NCBI GenBank assembly: GCA_044222185.1
Contig: JBGANV010000001.1
Location: 576,001 to 640,000, forward strand
Direction: 5' to 3'
Length of the DNA: 64,000 nt
DNA from: Planctomycetota bacterium
GTDB taxonomy: Bacteria; Planctomycetota; GCA-002687715; CAIWVZ01
Below, in pieces: positions 19,228 through 27,031 of this stretch. The position numbers were made by a program, and so were the translations under genes. The notes under the pieces are model-generated. The model saw nothing but the letters and a program-made list of their open reading frames with translations. It had not been told where the DNA came from and did no database searches. Within the stretch, counting starts at the first letter, position 1. Each line of letters starts with the position of its first letter.

Positions 19228-21690
19228 TCACTTGGCGGTGCCGAGCTCCTTGCCTTCGGCGTCCTTCTCCTTCTCCGGCTGCGGGACTTTCTCCGCGAAG
19301 TGGCCGTAGTCCGCGATCGCCTTCAGGTCGATGCCGATGGCCTGTGCAGACCGGAAGATCGCTCGTTGGAGCTGGAGGTCTTCCTGGAAATCGGCGACGA
19401 ACTCGCGGCCGCGCATGTCGGCGGCCTTCTTGCGGACCTCCGCGCGCAGGTACCGGCGGACGTCATCCTTGCCGAGAGGCGAATTGAGCTCCTTCGCGAG
19501 GTCGTCGAATCCGGGATAGCGGGTCGGATCCATCCCGTCGTTCACCGCGAGCTCGGCGATGAGCTTGGGGTTGTCGTCCGCCAGTTTGTTGACGTACTTC
19601 TCGACGTGCTTGGACTCGCGAATGCGGGCGAACTCTTCCGCCTTCCAGCCCTCGTACTCCTTCTGCGTGATCGTCTCGTCGGGCTTCACGCCGCCGAGTT
19701 CGATCACCTTCCCGTCGCGGTTTCGCTCGGTATGGATGCTTCGGCCCGACGGCAGGTAGTACCGGGCGATCGTGAGCTTCAGCTCGGGTCCCTTGTCGTA
19801 CTTGCCGTTGCCGTTGCGGTCGACGAACGCCTCTGGTCCGTCGTATCGGCCGTTCTTGTTGACGTCGACGAAGGGCTCGTCGGCGTCTCGGATCGCGTTG
19901 TTGTTGACGTCCGTGAACGGTTCGCCGGCGTCCCATTCGTCGTTGCGACGCGGCTTGTCCGTGAACGGCTCGCCTGGATCCCACATGCCGTTGCGGTTCA
20001 CGTCCTCGAAGGGTTCGTCTTCGTCCCAGACGCCGTTCATGCGCAGCTCGTCCGTGAACGCCTCGGGCGGAGCCGACCGCAGGGGGATGAACTTCTGGAC
20101 GCTCCCCTTGCCGAACGTGCGCTCACCGATGAGGACCGCACGCTTGTTGTCCTGAAGCGCCCCCGACACGATCTCGGAGGCCGACGCAGACCATTTGTTC
20201 ACGAGCATGACGACGGGGTATTTCCGCACATGCTCCGGTTCGAGAGACTTCAGGCTGCGCCGCGGTGCGACCTTCTTGTTGCGGCCTTCCCAGTAGCAGA
20301 TCTCCTGCTCGCCGTCTAGGAACTTGCCGGCGACTTCCTGCGCAGCGCGGAGGTAACCGCCCGAGTTGAACCGCAGGTCGATGATCAGGCTCTTGATGTT
20401 GCGCTTGTCCAACTCGACGAGTGCCTGTTCGAGCTCGAGGCCCGTGGGACCGCCGAAGGTGTCGATCACCACATACCCGATGTCGCCGGGGAGAAGCTCC
20501 CACTTCACGGTCGGGATCTGGATGCTCTCGCGGGTGATCTCGAAGTCGCGGGGCTTGGTCCAACCGCGCCGGAGCACGTTGATCTTCACCTTCGTCCCCG
20601 GGGGGCCCTTGAGGCGCGCCGTGATCTCGTTGATCGCGCGGTCAGCCGTGTCCCAGCCGTCGACCTTCAGGATCTTGTCCGCGGATTGGAGCCCAAGCCG
20701 GTAGGCCGGCCCGGAGTAGATCGGCTTGGAGATGAAGATGCGGCCGTTCTCGTCCAAGTTCACGTACGCGCCGATGCCTGCGTAGTTCTGATTGAGCTCG
20801 AACGTCCACTCGTCCACTTCTTTCGGCGTGAGGAACGTGGAGTAGGGATCCAGACGCTCGAGCAATCCCTTCACGGCGTAGACCCGGAGATCCTCTTCGG
20901 TGAAGTGATCGCCCTCCTGTGCGAAGGATCGCACGTCCTCGATCACCTCGTTGATGACGGCGTTGGGATCGTTCGGACGATTCCGCTCTCCCGAGTCGTA
21001 GGCCTTCGAGAGGAGGTTCGAGTACTCGGCGAGCTTCAGGTGGAGCGCGGCGAGCTGGCCACGCGGGGAAGGCTCGTTCTTGATCTCGTCGAGATACGGC
21101 TTGGCGGTGTCGAAGTCCTTGATCTCGGCGAGGGCGAGCGCGGCGCCGTACTTGACCTCGGCGTCCGAGGACTTGAGGAGCTCGGCGAGTTCCTGCTTGG
21201 CCTGGCGTTGGCGGTCGTCGGAGAGCTGCCAGACGGCCCTTGCGAGCCGGACCTTCACGGCGCCGGGCATGGACTTTTCGAGGAGGTCCGCGAGGCCCGA
21301 GCCCGCTTCCTCGACGTCACGGTCGATCAGGAGGTTGAGCGCCAGGATGCGGGCCTTGTCGTCGGTCCCGTCCTTCACGAGCCCGAGCAGCGCCTTCGCC
21401 GCCCGCGGCTTGTCCCGCAACGCCAGCAGCGCCCGGCTGACGCCGAGCTTCACGATGGGCTTGTCCGTGTCGAGCTTGTCCTCGAGTACCGGTACCGCCT
21501 TGTCGCCCAGGCGGGCCAGCTCATCGGACGCCTTCCAGGCGTTCTCCAGGGAATCCGTGTCGAGTCTGGCCACGAGCTCGTTGACCCGCTCGACCAGCGT
21601 CGGATCCTGCGCGGGCGCGAATGCGGTCGCCAAGGACGCAGCGAAGAGGACGGCGATCGGCACGAGCCGACGCTTGGAGACGATCAGCAT
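19228..21690 (-). CDS. S41 carboxyl-terminal protease (CtpA/Prc-like) with N-terminal HEAT-like repeats, PDZ domain and an inserted repeat array
   Basis: Signal peptide, LDPYS, GIGA (PDZ), DLRFNSGG, SASASEIV (Ser), GKGSVQ (Lys), LKLTIARYYLPSGRSIH, GVKPD. ATG at 21690. Confidence 0.9.
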   Translation of the reverse strand: MLIVSKRRLVPIAVLFAASLATAFAPAQDPTLVERVNELVARLDTDSLENAWKASDELARLGDKAVPVLEDKLDTDKPIVKLGVSRALLALRDKPRAAKALLGLVKDGTDDKARILALNLLIDRDVEEAGSGLADLLEKSMPGAVKVRLARAVWQLSDDRQRQAKQELAELLKSSDAEVKYGAALALAEIKDFDTAKPYLDEIKNEPSPRGQLAALHLKLAEYSNLLSKAYDSGERNRPNDPNAVINEVIEDVRSFAQEGDHFTEEDLRVYAVKGLLERLDPYSTFLTPKEVDEWTFELNQNYAGIGAYVNLDENGRIFISKPIYSGPAYRLGLQSADKILKVDGWDTADRAINEITARLKGPPGTKVKINVLRRGWTKPRDFEITRESIQIPTVKWELLPGDIGYVVIDTFGGPTGLELEQALVELDKRNIKSLIIDLRFNSGGYLRAAQEVAGKFLDGEQEICYWEGRNKKVAPRRSLKSLEPEHVRKYPVVMLVNKWSASASEIVSGALQDNKRAVLIGERTFGKGSVQKFIPLRSAPPEAFTDELRMNGVWDEDEPFEDVNRNGMWDPGEPFTDKPRRNDEWDAGEPFTDVNNNAIRDADEPFVDVNKNGRYDGPEAFVDRNGNGKYDKGPELKLTIARYYLPSGRSIHTERNRDGKVIELGGVKPDETITQKEYEGWKAEEFARIRESKHVEKYVNKLADDNPKLIAELAVNDGMDPTRYPGFDDLAKELNSPLGKDDVRRYLRAEVRKKAADMRGREFVADFQEDLQLQRAIFRSAQAIGIDLKAIADYGHFAEKVPQPEKEKDAEGKELGTAK
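19789..20064 (-). repeat. Six tandem 15-16 aa repeats E[PA]FxDxNxNGx[WY]D inside the S41 protease
   Basis: EAFTDELRMNGVWDED / EPFEDVNRNGMWDPG / EPFTDKPRRNDEWDAG / EPFTDVNNNAIRDAD / EPFVDVNKNGRYDGP / EAFVDRNGNGKYDKG. Confidence 0.9.
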
Positions 21691-21733
21691 TTTCCAGCTC
21701 TTTCGGGCAGCAGATGGGGCGGATTTGGGGGGC

Positions 21734-21761
21734 ATTCTAGGCGGCGCCTGCGGTGCGACAA
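21734..21761 (-). promoter_or_regulatory. Candidate sigma70 promoter for the S41 protease
   Basis: TTGTCG-N16-TAGAAT, about 44 nt upstream of ATG 21690. Confidence 0.5.
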
Positions 21762-21954
21762 GCGAAGTTTGCGCCCCCTCCGAAGGGGAAACGCACGATC
21801 CGTTACCGTTGTTCGCATCCGATTCGCCGGCCATTTGCCGAGACGTTCCCGTTCCCTGAAGCGAGGGCATCCGCGGGAATCTTCGGTCGCGAGCACCGGC
21901 GATCTGATGAACATCTCGGACAAACGCTCCCTTGGAGGCCTGCGAGGTCGGACC

Positions 21955-22941
21955 GTGCGCAAGAAACGATCGATTCTCCTCATCACTACGGGCGGCACGT
22001 TCGGAATGCTTCCCGGAGCTCGTGGATTCCTGGCGTCCGTCGAAAGGGCCGTGCCCGAGATCCGTGCAATCGCGCAGCTCAAGGTCCGCTCACCCTTCGC
22101 TCTCGACAGCGCGTCTTTGACACCAGATCATTGGCTGGTCCTCGCTCGCCTGATCGCTTCCGAGATCGATCAGTTCGACGGCTTCGTCATCACGCACGGG
22201 ACGGACACCATGGCGTACACCGCCGCAGCGCTGTCCTACCTGCTCGAGGGCTTGCAGAAACCGGTGATCCTGACGGGGGCACAACGGCCCCTGGCGGAGA
22301 TCCGTACGGACGCGCGGACCAATCTGATTGACGCCGTCGAAGTCGCGACCCTCGGCCTCCCTGAAGTCGCGATCTGCTTCGGTGGAGTGATCCTGCGGGG
22401 AAACCGGGCGCACAAGTGGAGCCTCAGCGACTACCGCGCGTTCTCCTCGCCGAACTACCCGCCACTCGCGGAGGCGGGAACCTCGCTGGTCGTGCACTGG
22501 CCGAACGTCCTCCGGCGCTCGACCCGGTTCCGCCTGCGAGACGCTCTGGACGCGCGCGTCCTCCACCTGACGCTTGCGCCTGGACTGTTCGGGTCCGGAT
22601 TGATCGGCCTCGACTTCTCACGCGTGCGCGGCGTCGTCCTCCAGACCTTCGGCGCCGGGAACGTTCCCCTTCGTGACGGGAAGGAGGCGTTTCCGCTCAC
22701 CCGGCTGTGCGAACTCGGCATCCCCGTGTTCGTCGTTTCCGGCCCCGAGCATGGGGCCGTGGACTTCTCTCTTTACGGGGGCGGGCGCCACGCGGCGAAG
22801 GCGGGGGCCATCTCGGCCGGTGACATGACGTCGGAGGCCGCCGTGGCGAAGCTCATGGTCGCCCTCGGCAGGTCCCGCGGCCCGCGTGACCTTCGCCGGA
22901 TGCTCGAGGCCGACTGGGCCGGCGAGGTGACGACGTCCTGA
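21955..22941 (+). CDS. ansA: Type I (cytoplasmic) L-asparaginase family protein
   Basis: TTGGTFGM, THGTDTM, KPVILTGAQ, RGNR, FSSPN, DMTSEAAVAKL. GTG 21955 follows GAGGT; alternative ATG at 21907. Confidence 0.88.
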   Translation: MRKKRSILLITTGGTFGMLPGARGFLASVERAVPEIRAIAQLKVRSPFALDSASLTPDHWLVLARLIASEIDQFDGFVITHGTDTMAYTAAALSYLLEGLQKPVILTGAQRPLAEIRTDARTNLIDAVEVATLGLPEVAICFGGVILRGNRAHKWSLSDYRAFSSPNYPPLAEAGTSLVVHWPNVLRRSTRFRLRDALDARVLHLTLAPGLFGSGLIGLDFSRVRGVVLQTFGAGNVPLRDGKEAFPLTRLCELGIPVFVVSGPEHGAVDFSLYGGGRHAAKAGAISAGDMTSEAAVAKLMVALGRSRGPRDLRRMLEADWAGEVTTS

Positions 22942-23014
22942 GGGCGCGAGCGCGGATGGCTTGGGCCGCCGACGGTTGATCCGTGTCAGCCCGGCCGATA
23001 CGGTCGACGTCCTC

Positions 23015-24289
23015 ATGACGGTCCCACGGCGAAACCCCGGCGAGCTCGAAATCGACCTGTTCTGCAACGGCCTGCGGATCGACCCCGCGTGCACGCTGCG
23101 CAAGGACGCGCGGGCGATCTCACGTACGCGGGCCGGGCTGGGCTCCGGGCTCGAACTCGTGATCCCGGGCGATCTGAAGGACCTCTGGCTGAACGTGCCG
23201 GTGGAGGAGGACTTCGCAGCGCGGTCGCCGTTCCTCCTCACCACCGATGGCGAGGCCTACCGCGTACGCGACGAGCGCAACGGCGAGTCGTACGACGTCC
23301 GGGTCCCCACCGAGCCCGCGTGGTATCGGGAGCGCACCTCCAGGGGCACGCTCATGAAAGAGGTCGGCGTCCTTCAGGGGACGTACCTGGGTATCTACGT
23401 CAGCAACTCGTGCATGTACTGGTACGGCGACAAGGCCGAGAACTGCAAGTTCTGCACCACGGGCTACAACGTCGGCGTCAACGAAGTGGCGCAGAAGGAC
23501 GTGGACGACGTCGTCGAGGTGGCGGCGCGCGCAAAGGCCGAGTCCGGCGTCACCTTCGTCCACTTCAACACGGGTTACCAGAACGAGAAGGGGCTCGAGC
23601 AGATCGCGCCCTACATCAAGGCGGTCAAGGAGAAGGTCGGAGCGCTCATCGGAGTGCAGGCCGTGCCTCCGGCGGATCGCGGTGAGCTGTGGCAGTACGA
23701 CTGGCTCCGTGAACTCGGCGCCGATCACTTCTCGTTCTGCTACGAGTTCCACGACCCCAAGGTGTTCGCCGAGCTTCTTCCGGGCAAACAGCGCACGGTG
23801 GGCCAGCGCGCCTTCTTCGATGCCATGGAGTACTGCCAGGCGAAGATGCCCAAGGGGGCGTGCTCGGGCGAGATCATCGCGGGCGTCGAGCCCATCGAGA
23901 CCACGCTCGCAGCCATCGACTACATCACGGGACTCGGATCGTTCCCAACCGTGTGCATCTTCCGACCGGTCATCGGGTCCGACATGGAGCACTATCCAAG
24001 CCCGAGGTACGACGACATGGTGCGGGTCATGCGCCACATGTATCTGGCGTGTCGCAAGGCGGGCATCCCCATCGGCGCCGCACCGAACATCGAGGTGTCC
24101 CTGATCGTCAATCCCGACGACGCCGCGTACCTGGTCCCGCGCACCCTTGGCTTCCGCCTCGACCGCGCGTGGCTTCGCCTCATCAAGCGCCTGGCCTGGT
24201 TGAAATTCCGCCGTGAACTGCGCCCGCGGCCCATTCGCGCGACCCTGGACGTGAAGGCGAGGGCCGCCGCGTTGGCCACGTCGTCATGA
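23015..24289 (+). CDS. Radical SAM protein with extended cysteine spacing (C-X10-C-X2-C)
   Basis: CMYWYGDKAENCKFC and later IIAGVEP...FRPVIGS barrel motifs. Loosely reminiscent of MSMEG_0568-like enzymes. ATG at 23015. Confidence 0.8.
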   Translation: MTVPRRNPGELEIDLFCNGLRIDPACTLRKDARAISRTRAGLGSGLELVIPGDLKDLWLNVPVEEDFAARSPFLLTTDGEAYRVRDERNGESYDVRVPTEPAWYRERTSRGTLMKEVGVLQGTYLGIYVSNSCMYWYGDKAENCKFCTTGYNVGVNEVAQKDVDDVVEVAARAKAESGVTFVHFNTGYQNEKGLEQIAPYIKAVKEKVGALIGVQAVPPADRGELWQYDWLRELGADHFSFCYEFHDPKVFAELLPGKQRTVGQRAFFDAMEYCQAKMPKGACSGEIIAGVEPIETTLAAIDYITGLGSFPTVCIFRPVIGSDMEHYPSPRYDDMVRVMRHMYLACRKAGIPIGAAPNIEVSLIVNPDDAAYLVPRTLGFRLDRAWLRLIKRLAWLKFRRELRPRPIRATLDVKARAAALATSS

Positions 24290-24684
24290 TCGAAGTCGAG
24301 AGCGACGCGGCGTGGACGCGCCCGAGCACGCCGCCGCTGTCCGATCTCGCGGCGATCCTGGATGCCCATGCCGAGCGTTTCGTCGTCGACCCCTTGCGTG
24401 AAGGGGTGGACGTCCGATGCTCGAACGTCATCGACGGCAAGCCGAACCGCGCGCGCGTGAAGGCCTTCGTGCCCAAGCCCGGAATCCTGGTGATCTTCCT
24501 GTACAAGGACAGCCAGGTGCCGTTCTCGGACGACCGCTTTTCGTACGGCGCGCTCACCGTGAAGCAGAAGGCGCTCCCGCAGTCGGAAATCGCCGAGGCG
24601 ATCGCCTACGCCCTCTCCGGGCTGAACCCCCAATTGCGACCGGACGCCGTGAAGCGCACGTTCCCGTTCACCGTTCCGCGGTGA
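24286..24684 (+). CDS. Hypothetical protein (132 aa), translationally coupled to the radical SAM gene
   Basis: ATGA overlap, protein-like composition, fills the gap before efp. Confidence 0.7.
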   Translation: MIEVESDAAWTRPSTPPLSDLAAILDAHAERFVVDPLREGVDVRCSNVIDGKPNRARVKAFVPKPGILVIFLYKDSQVPFSDDRFSYGALTVKQKALPQSEIAEAIAYALSGLNPQLRPDAVKRTFPFTVPR

Positions 24685-24709
24685 CGAGCGGCGCCGCGGC
24701 CGTTACACT
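24681..24709 (+). promoter_or_regulatory. Candidate sigma70 promoter for efp
   Basis: GTGACG-N17-TACACT, about 36 nt upstream of the efp ATG. Confidence 0.4.
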
Positions 24710-24745
24710 GGCGGCCTTCTTTTCGCAAAGCGAGAGTCATTCACC

Positions 24746-25309
24746 ATGCGCGTCACCGACGTCCGAAAAGGCATGATCCTGGTCCATGAAGGGCAGCTGC
24801 ACGTGGTCGTCGACTACGAACACATCGCGCCCGGGAACTGGCGTGCGATCAACCAGCTGAAGCTGAAGAACCTCAAGACGAACGCCAACGTGATGCTCCG
24901 GCTGGGGTCGTCCGAGACGGTCGAGCAGGCGAACCTAGACCAGAAGCCCTGCCAATACCTCTACTTCGACCACAACCAGGGCTTCATCTTCATGGACAAC
25001 GAGTCCTTCGAGCAGTACACGCTCGACGCGGAGATCCTCGGCGACAAGAAGTACTACCTGGTCGAGAACGGCACGGCGACGCTCACGTTCCACGACGGCA
25101 ACCCCGTGAGCCTGGAGGTTCCGCCCCAGGTCGTGTTGAAGGTCGTCGAGGCCGAGAATGCGGCGCGCGGGAACACGGTGCAGGGCGTCACGAAGAAGGT
25201 GAAGCTCGAGACCGGTATGGAGCTCAAGGTTCCGGGGTACATAGAGCAGGGTGAGTCGGTGAAGGTGAACACCGAGACGGGCGAATTCGCCGGCCGCGCC
25301 AAGGACTGA
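24746..25309 (+). CDS. efp: Translation elongation factor P (Asn at the tip position)
   Basis: 187 aa. DVRKGMIL, HIAPGNWRA, QYLY, FMDNESFEQ, KLETG...VPGYIEQGE.VKVNT. Confidence 0.93.
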   Translation: MRVTDVRKGMILVHEGQLHVVVDYEHIAPGNWRAINQLKLKNLKTNANVMLRLGSSETVEQANLDQKPCQYLYFDHNQGFIFMDNESFEQYTLDAEILGDKKYYLVENGTATLTFHDGNPVSLEVPPQVVLKVVEAENAARGNTVQGVTKKVKLETGMELKVPGYIEQGESVKVNTETGEFAGRAKD

Positions 25310-25442
25310 ACGGGCGAAGCCGCGCGCCCGGGACGCACGCCGTCGCGCGATCTCCTCACGCGATACATCGGCGACGCGCACCAACTTTTTCCGAACACGA
25401 CGCGCACTCGAAGCGTCTTTCCCCACGGAGGCCCGCGGCACC

Positions 25443-27020
25443 GTGGTTGCGACTTCGTACGGAATCGTTCTGGATGGAATCGAGGGCGTGCTCGTCACGC
25501 TCGAAGCGCGGACCAGCTTCGACGCCGAGCCCGGCCAGATGCGCGTGATCGGGCTTCCGGATGCGGCCGTGCGCGAGGGCGCACTCCGCGCGCGCATCGC
25601 GCTCAGTCCCATACTCCAGAACCAGGTGTTCGATCTGGACTGGGGCGTCCTGGTCAACCTCGCTCCGGCTGACCTGCGGAAGGTCGGCCGGACACTCGAC
25701 CTTCCGCTCGCGATCGTCTACGCCGGGTTGGTACTCGGACTCGATGCGCGCGCGGTGCGTGAGTTCCTCTTCCTGGGCGAAGTTGGCCTCGACGGTTCCG
25801 TGCGCGCCGTGACGGGGACGCTGGCCGCGACGCTCGTCGCGCGGAAGTGCGGTCTGAAGATCGTCTGTCCGGAAGACTGTGCACGCGAAGCGCTGATGGT
25901 CGAGGGCCTCGACGTGTTCACGGTGCGCACCGTGGTCGACGCCATCGACGTCGTGCGGGGGAGGATCGATGCGCGCCCCGACGCTCGCGGATTCGAACCG
26001 GTCGCGTCGGGCGTTCCCGCGGGGATCCCCGACCTTTGCGAGGTGCACGGACAGTTCTTGGCACGGCGCGCGCTCGAGATCGCGGCCGCCGGCGCGCACA
26101 ACCTCCTTCTCGAAGGTGCGCCGGGCTCGGGCAAGACCATGCTCGCCCGACGGCTTCCGGGGATCCTGCCCCCGCTTTCTGACGAGGACGCCCTGGAGAC
26201 AGCGGTCATTCACGGGGCCGTGCGGGCCGTCGACCATGCGCGGTTTCACGTGCCCCCGTTTCGCAGCCCGCACCACACGGCGACCCCGGTGGGGCTTGCC
26301 GGGGGCGGGAGCCCGATCCGCCCTGGGGAGCTGTCGCTCGCGCATCGAGGCGTGCTCTTCCTGGACGAGTTCCCCGAGTTCTCGCGCGAGTGCCTGGAGG
26401 TTCTCCGCGAGCCCATCGAGGAGCGAGCGATCCACATCACGCGGGCGGGGCGCGTGCGGCGTCTCCCGGCGCACGTCCTCGTCGTCGCCGCAATGAACCC
26501 GTGCCCTTGCGGGTTCCACGGCCTGATGGACGGACGGTGTTCGTGCACTCCGCTCCAGGTTCAGCGTTACCGCTCCCGTATCTCGGGGCCACTCCTCGAC
26601 CGGTTCGACCTGCGTGTCCGACTGCGACCGGTCGGCGCCGGCGAGCTCGTGGATTCACCCGGCGGTGAGGGCAGTGATGCCGTCCGCGCGCGCGTCGTCG
26701 CTGCGCGCGAGGCACAGCGGCTGAGAGCGCGGGCGATTGGCGCCGTCTCGCCGAACGCCGATCTCGCGGACAAGGACGTCATGCGCGTGACGCGGCTCGA
26801 TCCTGCGGGGCTCGCCTTCTTCCGCCGGCTCGTCGAGAGCTATCGGCTATCCGCGCGGGGAGCGCGGCGCCTCCTCAGGGTTGCGCGCACGGTGGCGGAT
26901 CTGTCCGCCGCGGCGGAGGTGACGACGCTCCACCTCGCGGAGGCCGCATCGCTCCGCATGCCCGATGCGTCGGACGGGACGCAGGACGCGGCAGGTACGG
27001 CGTCCTACGTCGCGGGTTGA
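25443..27020 (+). CDS. comM: YifB/ComM family Mg-chelatase-like AAA+ ATPase
   Basis: VIGLPDAAVRE, NLAPADLRK, GAPGSGKT, PFRSPHH, LFLDEFPEF, AAMNPCPCG, ISGPLLDRFD, LSARG. Confidence 0.92.
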   Translation: MVATSYGIVLDGIEGVLVTLEARTSFDAEPGQMRVIGLPDAAVREGALRARIALSPILQNQVFDLDWGVLVNLAPADLRKVGRTLDLPLAIVYAGLVLGLDARAVREFLFLGEVGLDGSVRAVTGTLAATLVARKCGLKIVCPEDCAREALMVEGLDVFTVRTVVDAIDVVRGRIDARPDARGFEPVASGVPAGIPDLCEVHGQFLARRALEIAAAGAHNLLLEGAPGSGKTMLARRLPGILPPLSDEDALETAVIHGAVRAVDHARFHVPPFRSPHHTATPVGLAGGGSPIRPGELSLAHRGVLFLDEFPEFSRECLEVLREPIEERAIHITRAGRVRRLPAHVLVVAAMNPCPCGFHGLMDGRCSCTPLQVQRYRSRISGPLLDRFDLRVRLRPVGAGELVDSPGGEGSDAVRARVVAAREAQRLRARAIGAVSPNADLADKDVMRVTRLDPAGLAFFRRLVESYRLSARGARRLLRVARTVADLSAAAEVTTLHLAEAASLRMPDASDGTQDAAGTASYVAG

Positions 27021-27031
27021 CGAGGTCGGCC

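Noticed and set aside
19789-20064. Periodic DNA repeats that could suggest a CRISPR array
   Set aside because: The repeats are degenerate, 45-48 nt, in frame and conserved at protein level. There are no identical repeats with spacers and no cas genes.
21762-21830. Hairpin with a GGGGGCGCAAAC segment resembling a c-di-GMP-I riboswitch
   Set aside because: It lacks the 5' GGCAAAC strand, GNRA loop and second stem, and it lies upstream of the predicted S41 promoter.
20686-21954. Long N-terminal extensions in the ORF track (asparaginase 751 aa, NSS 929 aa, GT2 560 aa) suggesting fusions
   Set aside because: The extensions overlap other real genes and are open-frame artefacts. Internal starts with RBS or stop-start overlaps fit family lengths.
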